From NCBI GenBank assembly GCA_965116015.1, contig OZ220477.1, forward strand, positions 2,189,704 to 2,253,703: a DNA stretch of 64,000 nt, read 5' to 3'. Positions 17,770 through 27,022 of the stretch are shown here, piece by piece. This stretch comes from Dehalococcoidia bacterium. GTDB taxonomy: Bacteria > Chloroflexota > Dehalococcoidia > Lucifugimonadales > Australimonadaceae. How positions within the stretch are numbered: the first letter of the stretch is position 1; the number at the start of each line of letters is the position of its first letter. The notes under the pieces are model-generated. The model saw nothing but the letters and a program-made list of their open reading frames with translations, was not told where the DNA came from and made no database searches. The position numbers and the translations under genes are program-made.

Positions 17770-19289
17770 CGGAATCGTTCGCATCGCCTCTTCCGTTGGT
17801 CGCCGTGCTGATTCCGGCGGCGGCGGCGGCGCTTGTCGCGCTGACGACGGCGCGGAGGCCGAACTTGCGCGACAGCTGGTCGACGGTCGCGGGGTTGGCG
17901 CTGCTGGCGGTTATGTATCTGATGGCGGAGGAGACGCGGGATGGGCGCGCTGCGCGCTCTTCGCTGATTGAGATTGCGCCGGGGATCGAGATTGCGCTGC
18001 GGGCTGATCCGGCGGGGATGTTGTTCGGTGGGCTGATTGCGGCGCTGTGGCTGGCGGCGGGCGTTTACGCGGTGGGGTATATGCGGGGCGGGGGCGAGCA
18101 TAAGCAGACGCGTTTCTTCGCGGCGTTCGCGCTGAGCATTGGCTCGGCGGTGGGGGTGGCGCTTGCGGAGAATCTGTTGACGTTCGTGCTGTTCTACGAG
18201 CTGCTGTCGCTGTTCACGTATCCGCTGGTTACGCACCGGGAGACTGAGGAGGCAATCGTCGCGGGGCGCAAGTATCTGACGTACACTCTTTCGGGGGGCG
18301 TGCTGATGATCGGCGCGGCTGTGTGGGTGCACGCGCTGGGGATAGACGGCTCGTTCGCGGCGGGGGGATTTCTGGGGGATGCGGGATTGGGGAGGGGGAC
18401 GCAGTGGGGGCTGTTCGCGCTGCTTGTTGCGGGAGTGGGGGTGAAGGCGGCGGTGATGCCGCTGCACAGCTGGCTGCCGAGCGCGATGGTCGCTCCCACT
18501 CCGGTGTCGGCGCTGCTGCATGCAGTGGCGGTGGTGAAGGCCGGGGTTTTCGGGGTTGTGCGCGTGCTGGTGTTCGTGTTCGGGGCGGATCTGCTTGGGG
18601 ATATGGGAGCGGGGCTGCTTATAGCCATGCTCGCGGCGGGGACGATGCTCATCGGGTCGACGCTGGCGTTGCGGCACGACAATCTGAAGCGGCGGCTGGC
18701 GTACTCGACGATCAGCCATCTCTCGTACATCGTGCTTGGGGTGGCGTTGCTGGGGCCTGTGGCGCTTGTGGGGGCTATGCTGCACATCGTTGGGCACGGG
18801 GCGACCAAGATCACGCTTTTCTTTGCGGCCGGGGCGATTCACGTTCGGGCGCACAAGGACAATGTGAGCGAGCTCGACGGGATAGGGCGTCAGATGCCGA
18901 TTACGATGGGGGCGTTCACGCTGGCGTCGCTCTCGATGGCGGGCATTCCGCCGTTCGTGCTGTTCGCGAGCAAGTACTATCTTGGGTGGGGCGCCGCGGA
19001 GGCGGGTCAGGAGGCGTTCCTCATCGTGTATATGGCGAGCGGGGCGCTGAGCGCGGCGTATCTTTTTCCTATAGTTGTGAGGGCGTTCTTGCGGAGTTCG
19101 CCGGATCATTCGCGGTACGGGGAGGCGGACGCGCGGATGGCGGCGCCTCTGGCGGTTACAGGGGCGCTTGCGTTGATCTGGGGGGTTGTTCCGAACGCGC
19201 CGCTGCTTTTCTTCGATCTTGCCGCGATGGTCGCGAGCGCGTCGTTCGGAGGTTGGGAGCACGCTCCGCTTGCTGGAGGGGGGTCATGA
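17766..19289 (+). CDS. Antiporter-like large subunit 2 (MrpD/NuoM family)
   Basis: Contains LHSWLPSAMVAPTPVSALLHAVAVVKAGVFG. The GTG at 17766 overlaps the upstream stop. Confidence 0.85.
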   Translation: MTESFASPLPLVAVLIPAAAAALVALTTARRPNLRDSWSTVAGLALLAVMYLMAEETRDGRAARSSLIEIAPGIEIALRADPAGMLFGGLIAALWLAAGVYAVGYMRGGGEHKQTRFFAAFALSIGSAVGVALAENLLTFVLFYELLSLFTYPLVTHRETEEAIVAGRKYLTYTLSGGVLMIGAAVWVHALGIDGSFAAGGFLGDAGLGRGTQWGLFALLVAGVGVKAAVMPLHSWLPSAMVAPTPVSALLHAVAVVKAGVFGVVRVLVFVFGADLLGDMGAGLLIAMLAAGTMLIGSTLALRHDNLKRRLAYSTISHLSYIVLGVALLGPVALVGAMLHIVGHGATKITLFFAAGAIHVRAHKDNVSELDGIGRQMPITMGAFTLASLSMAGIPPFVLFASKYYLGWGAAEAGQEAFLIVYMASGALSAAYLFPIVVRAFLRSSPDHSRYGEADARMAAPLAVTGALALIWGVVPNAPLLFFDLAAMVASASFGGWEHAPLAGGGS

Positions 19290-19564
19290 CGATTGACCGT
19301 CCTGTTGTTATCGCCACTGTGGCGGGTCTTGCGCTGGCGGCGGTTCTGGAGTTTGTCTTTGTGGGGAGTCCGAGCCGCTACTTCGCCGGCAGCGATCTGC
19401 CGCTGTTCTGGGCGGGGTTCGGGCTTGTTGGGTGCGCCGGCATCGTTGTTGTTTCGAAGTGGGCGGGGCATACGTTCCTGATGAGGCACGACGATCCTTA
19501 CACGGGCGAGCATGTGGAGGCGGAGCCGGAGACGGGGGCGGAGGAGAGCGGCGGCGATGAGTAG
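19286..19564 (+). CDS. Small 2-TM membrane protein inside the Mrp-like cluster (92 aa, acidic tail)
   Basis: The ATG at 19286 overlaps the upstream stop, and the stop overlaps the next start. The position is analogous to MbhI, which is an inference. Confidence 0.55.
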   Translation: MTIDRPVVIATVAGLALAAVLEFVFVGSPSRYFAGSDLPLFWAGFGLVGCAGIVVVSKWAGHTFLMRHDDPYTGEHVEAEPETGAEESGGDE

Positions 19565-21293
19565 CCTGCCTCCGGTTGTGATTATGGCTGCGGCGGCAGC
19601 GCTGGCCGCGCTCATTCCTGCGGCTGTGGTTCGGAAGGCGCTCGTGGTTGGGGCTCCGCTGCTGACGCTGGCGCATCTGGCGTGGGGGATCGACGACGGG
19701 GATTCGCTGCGCGTCGCGTGGTTGTCGCTCGAGCTCGAGCCGCTGCGCGCCGACGGTCTGAGCATCGTATTCGGGTATGTGTTCGCCATCGCCGCGGCGA
19801 TCGGGGGGTTGTACGCGTGGGGCCTGAACGATCGCGGTCAACAGGCCGCGGTGCTTGGGTATGCGGGTTCGTCGCTTGGGGTTGTGTTCGCGGGCGATCT
19901 CGTAACGCTCGTGACGATGTGGGAGCTGATGGCGCTTACGTCGGCGTATCTGATCTGGGCGGGGGGATTCCCCAAGTCTCACGGGGCTGCGATTCGCTAT
20001 CTGTACGTTCACCTGGTTGGCGGGAGCGCGCTGCTTGCAGGCGTTCTGTGGCATATGGGCGGGGGGGGGTCGATCGAGTTTTCGCTGTTCGAGAGTTCGC
20101 CTGCGGGCTGGCTTGTGCTTGCGGGGTTCGCGGTGAACGCTGCGGTGGTTCCGCTTCATGCGTGGTTGTCGGACGCGTATCCGGAGGCGGGTGTGGCGGG
20201 GAGCGTGTTTCTGAGCGCGTTCACGACGAAGACGGCTGTTTATGCGCTGGCGCGGGGGTTCGCGGGCTGGGAGGTTCTCATTGCTCTCGGCGTGGTTATG
20301 GCGCTCTACGGGGTGGTGTTCGCTGTTCTGGAGAACGATATCCGGCGCTTGCTTGCGTACCATATCATCAGTCAGGTGGGGTATATGGTGGCGGCTGTCG
20401 GGATCGGGACGGAGATGGCGATCAACGGGGCGGCCTCGCACGCTTTCGCGCATGTGCTTTACAAGGGGCTGCTTTTTATGGGAGCAGGGGCGGCGATCTA
20501 CGCGACCGGGCGGCGGACGCTGACGTCGCTTGGGGGTATCTCCGACCGCATGCGGTTGGTGGTTGCGCTCTATATGGTTGGGGCGTTCGCGATTTCGGCG
20601 TTTCCGCTGTTCAGCGGGTTCGTGTCGAAGTCGATGGTTACGTACGCGGCCAAGCAGGAGCATCTAGATCTTGTGGTGGCGCTCCTGTATCTGGCGTCGG
20701 TGGGGACGTTCTTGCATACGGGGCTGAAGCTGCCGTACTTCACGTGGTTCGGGCCGCGGCGGGACGATATTCGGGTGGGGCGTGTGCCTCGCAGCATGAT
20801 TGCGGCGATGTTCGCGGCGGCGGCGCTGTGCATCGGGATAGGCGTGTATCCGGATGCTCTGTATCGCTATCTGCCCTACGAGGTTCATTACGAGCCTTAC
20901 ACGGCTGATCATGTTGTGCAGACGCTTCAGATGCTGGGGTTCACGGCGATCGGGTTCTGGCTTCTGCGGAGCAGGCTTGGGGGGGAGGCGACGGCGACTA
21001 TCGACACCGACTGGTTTTACCGGAAGGCGCGCGCTCCGGCGCGGATTCTCGTTCAGGAGCCTCTGGAGGCTTTGTTTTCGTACTGCGAGCGGGCGGTTGG
21101 CGCGGCAACGCAGGCGGTTGTTGTGATGGCGACTGCGCCGTCGCGGGGGTTCGCGCGGCTCCTTACGCTCATTGCTTACGGACGGCGGCACGGCCCGGAG
21201 GCCGCGCTTGCTCTGCTGGGTCGCCCGCCGCTTGGGTTCGCGCTGGGAGGGGTGCTTCTCACTGCGGCGGTTGTGCTGCTCCTCGGGCGCTGA
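19557..21293 (+). CDS. Antiporter-like large subunit 3 with C-terminal extension (MrpA/NuoL-like)
   Basis: Contains LHAWLSDAYPEA. A C-terminal amphipathic segment of about 90 aa plus a final TM suggests a lateral-helix-like element. Confidence 0.8.
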   Translation: MSSLPPVVIMAAAAALAALIPAAVVRKALVVGAPLLTLAHLAWGIDDGDSLRVAWLSLELEPLRADGLSIVFGYVFAIAAAIGGLYAWGLNDRGQQAAVLGYAGSSLGVVFAGDLVTLVTMWELMALTSAYLIWAGGFPKSHGAAIRYLYVHLVGGSALLAGVLWHMGGGGSIEFSLFESSPAGWLVLAGFAVNAAVVPLHAWLSDAYPEAGVAGSVFLSAFTTKTAVYALARGFAGWEVLIALGVVMALYGVVFAVLENDIRRLLAYHIISQVGYMVAAVGIGTEMAINGAASHAFAHVLYKGLLFMGAGAAIYATGRRTLTSLGGISDRMRLVVALYMVGAFAISAFPLFSGFVSKSMVTYAAKQEHLDLVVALLYLASVGTFLHTGLKLPYFTWFGPRRDDIRVGRVPRSMIAAMFAAAALCIGIGVYPDALYRYLPYEVHYEPYTADHVVQTLQMLGFTAIGFWLLRSRLGGEATATIDTDWFYRKARAPARILVQEPLEALFSYCERAVGAATQAVVVMATAPSRGFARLLTLIAYGRRHGPEAALALLGRPPLGFALGGVLLTAAVVLLLGR

Positions 21294-21450
21294 ATCGGGC
21301 GTCGCAGGGCGGCTGGCGGGGGCTCGGGCGCCCGCATCGTTGCTCTTTCGCAGCTCTCGTATGGGAGGCAGCGGGAGTCGAGAGGGCGGCAGCGCGACTG
21401 GGTCTGCTACACTGCGCTTCTACGGCTCTACGGCGCAGGAGGTTGTCCGC

Positions 21451-22473
21451 GTGGGAGTCCCCGTTTCGCAGGCATGGACGGTGGCGTCGTATGTGCTGAG
21501 GCAGCGTCTTTTGCGGCGCGAGCGGTATCCGCTTGTGCTGATGCTGGAGCCGCTGCTGCGCTGCAATCTCGCGTGCGCGGGGTGCGGGAAGATTCAGTAT
21601 CCGCCGCACGTTCTCAAGCGCGCGCTCAGTGTGGAGCAGTGCCTCGCCGCCGCCGACGAGTGCGGGGCTCCGGTTGTGAGCATACCGGGAGGGGAGCCGC
21701 TTCTCTATCCGCATATCGGGGAGCTTGCGGGGGAGCTCACGCGGCGCAAGAAGTATGTGTATCTGTGCACCAACGGGCTGCTGCTGAAGGAGCGCTTGCA
21801 GGAGGGGACGTTCGCGCCCTCGAAGCGGCTTACGTTCAGCGTTCATATGGACGGTCTGCGCGAGGAGCATGACGCGTCGGTCTGCCGGGAGGGGGTGTAC
21901 GACATCGCGGTTGAGGCTATCCGCGAGGCGGTGTCGCGCGGCTTCCGGGTGACGACGAACACGACGCTCTTCAACACGTCGGATCCTCTGCGGGTTAGGG
22001 ACTTCTTCGATGCGATGATGGATCTTGGGGTTGAGGGGATGATGGTGTCTCCGGGGTTCGTGTACGAGCATGCGCCTGACCAGGAGTCGTTCCTGGAGCG
22101 CGAGAAGACGCGGGAGCTTTTCTCGCAGGCTCTGACGGGTCGTAAGAGGAGATGGAGGTTCAATCAGTCGCCGCTGTTCTTGCAGTTTCTGATGGGTAAG
22201 CGCGATTTCGAGTGCACGCCTTGGGGCAATCCGCTTTTCACTATCTTTGGATGGCAACGCCCGTGCTATCTGCTGCAGGACGGGTACGCGCGCACGTTCC
22301 GGGAGCTTATGGACGACACTGATTGGGACGGGTACGGGAGGGCAAGCGGCAATCCCGCGTGTCAGGATTGCATGGTGCATTCCGGCTACGAGCCGTCCGC
22401 TGTTCATGCGACGTTCGCCAGCTGGCGGGGTTTGAGAGACGCGGCGGCGGCTACGCTCACCGGCAAGCTGTAA
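21451..22473 (+). CDS. hpnH: Radical SAM adenosyl-hopene transferase
   Basis: Contains RYPLVLMLEPLLRCNLACAGCGKIQYP. AGGAGG lies 9 nt upstream of the GTG at 21451. Confidence 0.9.
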   Translation: MGVPVSQAWTVASYVLRQRLLRRERYPLVLMLEPLLRCNLACAGCGKIQYPPHVLKRALSVEQCLAAADECGAPVVSIPGGEPLLYPHIGELAGELTRRKKYVYLCTNGLLLKERLQEGTFAPSKRLTFSVHMDGLREEHDASVCREGVYDIAVEAIREAVSRGFRVTTNTTLFNTSDPLRVRDFFDAMMDLGVEGMMVSPGFVYEHAPDQESFLEREKTRELFSQALTGRKRRWRFNQSPLFLQFLMGKRDFECTPWGNPLFTIFGWQRPCYLLQDGYARTFRELMDDTDWDGYGRASGNPACQDCMVHSGYEPSAVHATFASWRGLRDAAAATLTGKL

Positions 22474-22483
22474 GCTGTAGGAC

Positions 22484-22876
22484 GTGGACGGACGGGCGGA
22501 AGAGGGCGATTCAACTCGTCGACCAGGAGATTCTCGCGGCGGGCGCCGCTCGGAGCCGGACAGAGCCGGGGATGTCGCCTGGCTGGTTGATCGGGCGTTC
22601 CATTTCAGGGGGGATGTTACGGTGCGGACGGTTGGCGGGCGGGAGGTTACGGGCTATCTCTTCAATCGTTCTAATCGCTCTAACCGCCTTAGTCGCGACG
22701 CTGGGCGCAGGGAGGACGGGCAAGAGGGAGGGGGCGCGGCGGCCTTCGCGCAGTTGTTCGAGACGGCGACCGGACGCGAGATTACGCTGCCGTACGCGGA
22801 GATTGAGGATGTGCGGTTCTCGGGGCGCCCGGGAGGACGCCGTCCGCGGGACAGCGGCTCGCCCGGGGAGGGGTGA
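22484..22876 (+). CDS. Hypothetical small protein embedded in the hopanoid operon
   Basis: The C-terminal half (AWLVDRAFHFRGDVTVRTVGGREVTGYLF...FAQLFETATGREITLPYAEIEDVRFSG) has native-looking codon usage. The stop overlaps the hpnG start. The N-terminal part and the start codon are uncertain. Confidence 0.4.
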   Translation: MDGRAEEGDSTRRPGDSRGGRRSEPDRAGDVAWLVDRAFHFRGDVTVRTVGGREVTGYLFNRSNRSNRLSRDAGRREDGQEGGGAAAFAQLFETATGREITLPYAEIEDVRFSGRPGGRRPRDSGSPGEG

Positions 22877-23598
22877 TGCGGGCGAGCGCTTCTCTCGCTG
22901 CTATCGCCTCTGTCCCTGATCTTCTGACGGTTGCGCCTACGCGGCGTGAGCTGGGCGGGGCGTGGGAGAGCGCGGCGCTTACGCGCACGGGGGTGGTGGG
23001 CATCGGGCGCGCCGCCGGAGCGGCGACTGCGCGTCTGCTGAGCGAGGCGCCTTGCCGGTTTCTGGTTTCGCTGGGGTTTGCGGGGGGTCTTGATCCGCGC
23101 TTGCGTCCGGGCGATGTGGTGGTCGCGAGCGAGTGCGTGGATGGTTCGAGCGGGGCTCGGAGGGCGGTTGCGGAGGCGTCGTACGCGGCGACGCTGCTGC
23201 GCAGGGCAGGCGCGCGCGCGTATGAGGGCGCGACGCTTACGGTGGACGTTCCGCTGCTGACGCGGGAGGCGAAGCGCGGCGCGCGCGAGCGGAGCGGGGC
23301 GCTCGTTGTGGATATGGAGGGCAGCTGGATAGCGGACGCCGCAGCGTCGCGCGGGACGCCGCTCATCGTCGTGCGCGCGGCGCTTGACGAGGCGGAGTTT
23401 GCGCTTCCGGAGTTCGTGGCGGAGATTATTGCCGATCAGGGGCGGAGGGAGTGGATGCACGCGGCGAGAGGGATGCGGAGCCTCGCGGCGGCGAGGGGGA
23501 TCCTGCCGCTGGCGCTGCGGTCGCGCAAGGCGGGGCTGGCGCTGCGTCGGGCGGCGCGGAGCATTATCCCGGCGCTGGCCGAGCTGGCGGGGCTATGA
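22873..23598 (+). CDS. hpnG: Hopanoid-associated phosphorylase/nucleosidase (PNP_UDP_1 family)
   Basis: Contains FLVSLGFAGGLDP..PGDVVVA and VVDMEGSWIA. Operon context supports the call. Confidence 0.8.
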   Translation: MMRASASLAAIASVPDLLTVAPTRRELGGAWESAALTRTGVVGIGRAAGAATARLLSEAPCRFLVSLGFAGGLDPRLRPGDVVVASECVDGSSGARRAVAEASYAATLLRRAGARAYEGATLTVDVPLLTREAKRGARERSGALVVDMEGSWIADAAASRGTPLIVVRAALDEAEFALPEFVAEIIADQGRREWMHAARGMRSLAAARGILPLALRSRKAGLALRRAARSIIPALAELAGL

Positions 23599-24602
23599 GC
23601 CGCGCGCTCGTAACCGGGGCGTCTGGTTTCATTGGGGGCCGCGTTGTGGAGGCCGCCGCGCGCAGGGGGTGGGATGTGGTCGCGCTGGCGCGGGACGCGC
23701 GCTCGTATCGCACGCCGTCGCGCTCGGTGGTTGTGGCGGAGGGGGATGTGCGGGATCGGGGGGCGGTTCGGGCGGCGATGGAGGGCTGTTCCGCGGTGAT
23801 TCATGTTGCGGGGGTCTACAGTTTCGATGCGGGGGACGCGAGGCTGATGCGCGAGGTTAATGTTGGCGGGACGGAGAATGTGCTGCGGGAGGCTATGCGT
23901 TTGGGGGTGGAGCGCATCGTTTACACGGGGACGGTGGGAGGCACGGCGTTCTTTCGCGACAGGCTGTCGACGGAGCGGGATATCGCCGGACCTGAGGAGA
24001 TGCGCGGGCCTTACAAGCGCTCGAAGTTCGAGGCGGAGCGGATTGCGCGCAGATTGGCGGATCAGGGGGCTCCGGTTGTTATCGTTTGCCCCACTGCTGT
24101 GGTGGGGCCGGGGGACGACAAGCCGACGCCGACGGGGCGGATCGCGCTGGATTTTATGAGGGGGAGGTTTCCGGCGTACATCGACGCGGGGCTGAATTTC
24201 GTTCATGTGCGGGATGTTGCGGAGGGTCATCTGCTGGCGCTGGAGCGCGGGGTTCCGGGCGGTCGGTATCTGCTGGGGAACATCGACGGGAACCTGACGC
24301 TCGAGCGGGCGCTCAAGATTCTCGCGGGGATCACGGGAAGGTTGGCTCCGAGGGCGCGGCTGCCCTATGCGGCTGCGCTGGCTGTGTCGTGGGCGAGCGT
24401 TGCGGCGGGGAGGGCGCTGGGGCGGCCAGCTGCGGCGCCGCTGGAGGCTGTGCGTATGGCGTCCAAGCGGATGTGGGTGGATCCGTCGTGGAGCGTGCGG
24501 GAGCTTGCGTTGCCGCAGACGCCTGTGTCGGAGGCGTTCCGGGAGGCTGTCGCCTGGAACGCGGAGAATCTGCTTGCGCCTGGGCGCCGTGTGGTAGGCT
24601 AA
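23595..24602 (+). CDS. hpnA: Hopanoid-associated NAD-dependent sugar epimerase/dehydratase
   Basis: Contains MSRALVTGASGFIGGRVV and a YKRSK catalytic motif. The ATG overlaps the hpnG stop. Confidence 0.85.
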   Translation: MSRALVTGASGFIGGRVVEAAARRGWDVVALARDARSYRTPSRSVVVAEGDVRDRGAVRAAMEGCSAVIHVAGVYSFDAGDARLMREVNVGGTENVLREAMRLGVERIVYTGTVGGTAFFRDRLSTERDIAGPEEMRGPYKRSKFEAERIARRLADQGAPVVIVCPTAVVGPGDDKPTPTGRIALDFMRGRFPAYIDAGLNFVHVRDVAEGHLLALERGVPGGRYLLGNIDGNLTLERALKILAGITGRLAPRARLPYAAALAVSWASVAAGRALGRPAAAPLEAVRMASKRMWVDPSWSVRELALPQTPVSEAFREAVAWNAENLLAPGRRVVG

Positions 24603-24680
24603 CAGGTCAAAAGCGGCGCTTTAGCGCGCGGCGGCGAGGACGGCTCGCTACGAGCGAGCGCGTCCGGCGCGGCATCTAAC

Positions 24681-26744
24681 TTGCTAACCTTGGCACAAGC
24701 GAGCGAGCATCTTCTCGATATCCGGCGGCGCGCCCGCGAGGCGCTGGAGCGAACGCGGGCGTATTTCCTTCGCGCGCAGCGCCCCGAGGGCTACTGGCAG
24801 GGCGAGGTGGAGTCGAATTCCACGATGGAGGCGGAGCAGATTATGCTGGCCCGCTTCCTGGGTTCGGACGAGGGAGAGCGCATTCCGCGGCTGGCGGAGG
24901 ATATCCGGCGCCGGCAGTTTTCCGACGGCTCGTGGCGGATGTACTACGGGGCTCCTGCTGGGGATCTGAGCACGTCGATCGAGTGTTATTTTGCGCTGAA
25001 GCTTGCGGGCGACGGGGCGGACGCGCCGCATATGGTCCGGGCGCGCGAGTTCATTGTTGGGAATGGGGGGATTCCGAAAGCGCGGGTGTTCACCAAGATA
25101 TGGCTGGCGCTGTTCGGGCAGTGGGACTGGAAGGGCACGCCGTCGATGCCGATGGAGCTGATGCTGCTGCCCAAGTGGGCGCCGTTCAACATCTACCGGT
25201 TCGCGAGCTGGGCGCGGGCGACTATCGCGCCGATCACCGTTATTCTCGCGCTGAAGCCGACGCGCCCTCCTGAGGAGAGCGCGGGGATAGGGGAGCTGTA
25301 TCCCGACGGCGCTGTTGTCTATTCGCTGTCGCGCTGGAAGGCGCGGCTGTTTTCGCTGGAGAGCGGTTTTCTGCTGCTCGACAGGGCGCTGCGCTTCTAC
25401 GGGAAGCTGCCTCTAGGGTTCGTGCGCCGGCGGGCGCAGAAGGCTGCCGTGGATTGGATCGCGGCGCGTCAGGAGGCGGATGGTTCGTGGGGGGGGATTC
25501 AGCCTCCGTGGGTGTACTCGCTAATTGCGCTTCACTCGGCGGGTTATCCGCTGGATCATCCGGCGATTGTCAAAGGGCTCGAGGGGTTCAGGGGCGAGTG
25601 GAGCTTGCCGTCGGAAGACGGGGCGGCTTTGCGGGCGCAGGCGTGCCTCTCGCCGGTGTGGGACACGTGCCTGGCGATGCTGGGGTTGCTGGATTCGGGG
25701 GCGGCGCCCAACGATCCGGCGATCCAGCGGGCGGCGGAGTGGCTGATGCAGCGTGAGATACGGACGAAGGGCGATTGGGCGGCGCGGCGGCCGAATCTCG
25801 AACCGGGCGGTTGGCCGTTCGAGTTTCACAACGACAATTACCCGGATATCGATGATTCGGCGATTATCGTGATGGACTTGGCGCAGGCGCGATTCGACGA
25901 TGAGGAGAGGGAGCGCGCCCGCAAGGCGGCGGTCGCCCGGGGGCTTGCGTGGCTGGAGGGAATGCAGTCGTCCAACGGGGGGTGGGCGGCGTTCGATCGG
26001 GACAACAATTCGAGTTACCTGTCGAAGATTCCGTTCGCTGATTTCGGGGAGTCGCTTGATCCGCCGAGCGTGGACGTTACGGCGCACGTTCTGGAGATGT
26101 ACGGCAGGCTTGGTTACACGTCGGCGCATCCGCCGGTGCGGCGGGGGCTGGACTATATCTGGTCGCAGCAGGAGGCGGACGGGGGATGGTTCGGGCGGTG
26201 GGGGGTGAACTATATCTACGGGGCAGGGGCGGTTCTTCCCGCGCTGAGGGCTTTGGGCGAGGATATGGGGCAGGAGCGCGTCCGGCGCGCTGTGAGCTGG
26301 CTTTTAGAGCAGCAGAATCTCGATGGGGGTTGGGGGGAGACGTGCAAGAGCTATGTTGATCCGGGGCTGCGGGGGCGCGGGGAGAGCGCGCCATCGCAGA
26401 CGTCGTGGGCGCTCATCGCGCTCATCGCCGCGGGAGAGGCCTCCAGCGACTCGGCGCGGCGCGGGATCGAGTTTCTCCTGGGGAGCCAGCGCTCCGACGG
26501 GAGCTGGGACGAGCCGCAGTTCACGGGGTGCGGCTTTCCGGGGTATGGTCCGGGGGACAAGCCGGAGAAGTACGGGCCGGCTGACGCTCTGCACTCTCAG
26601 GGGGTTGAGCTGAGCGCGGGATTTCTCATTAACTATCATCTTTACCGCGACTACTTTCCGCTGTGGGCGCTTGGCCGTTATCTGGGAGCTGTGGAGCCGG
26701 GGCGCGTTACGCTGTCGGCGGCGGGCGCCTGGCAAGGGTCATAA
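24681..26744 (+). CDS. shc: Squalene-hopene cyclase
   Basis: Multiple QxxxGxW repeats and the DxDD-type motif YPDIDDSAI. The C-terminus reads YHLYRDYFPLWALGRY. Confidence 0.95.
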   Translation: MLTLAQASEHLLDIRRRAREALERTRAYFLRAQRPEGYWQGEVESNSTMEAEQIMLARFLGSDEGERIPRLAEDIRRRQFSDGSWRMYYGAPAGDLSTSIECYFALKLAGDGADAPHMVRAREFIVGNGGIPKARVFTKIWLALFGQWDWKGTPSMPMELMLLPKWAPFNIYRFASWARATIAPITVILALKPTRPPEESAGIGELYPDGAVVYSLSRWKARLFSLESGFLLLDRALRFYGKLPLGFVRRRAQKAAVDWIAARQEADGSWGGIQPPWVYSLIALHSAGYPLDHPAIVKGLEGFRGEWSLPSEDGAALRAQACLSPVWDTCLAMLGLLDSGAAPNDPAIQRAAEWLMQREIRTKGDWAARRPNLEPGGWPFEFHNDNYPDIDDSAIIVMDLAQARFDDEERERARKAAVARGLAWLEGMQSSNGGWAAFDRDNNSSYLSKIPFADFGESLDPPSVDVTAHVLEMYGRLGYTSAHPPVRRGLDYIWSQQEADGGWFGRWGVNYIYGAGAVLPALRALGEDMGQERVRRAVSWLLEQQNLDGGWGETCKSYVDPGLRGRGESAPSQTSWALIALIAAGEASSDSARRGIEFLLGSQRSDGSWDEPQFTGCGFPGYGPGDKPEKYGPADALHSQGVELSAGFLINYHLYRDYFPLWALGRYLGAVEPGRVTLSAAGAWQGS

Positions 26745-27022
26745 GCGCGGCGGCGACGGCGGCCATCGCGGCGAGCGCCGCCCAGGCTGTTTCGTAGCGC
26801 CAGATGTCGATGGTGAGCCCGGCGATGAGGGGGCGCGACTATTTTCCGCTGTGGGCGCTTGGCCGTTATCTGGGAGCTGTGGAGCCGGGGCGCGTTACGC
26901 TGTCGCGGGCGGGCGCCTGGCAAGGGTCATAAGCGCGGCGGCGACGGCGGCCATCGCGGCGAGCGCCGCCCAGGCTGTTTCGTAGCGCCAGATGTCGATG
27001 GTGAGCCCGGCGATGAGGGGGC
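26647..27022. repeat. Direct tandem duplication, 2 x 188 bp, 3 mismatches, covering the convergent 3' ends of shc and the MFS gene
   Basis: Copy 1 is 26647-26834 and copy 2 is 26835-27022, aligned by eye. The shc stop lies in copy 1 and the MFS stop in copy 2. Confidence 0.9.

Noticed and set aside
22323-22919. Alternative 198-aa frame across the hpnH-hpnG gap with a TM-like stretch
   Set aside because: It overlaps the end of hpnH and the start of hpnG, and the rest is Arg-rich. The 22484-22876 frame has more gene-like codon usage, although neither frame is certain.
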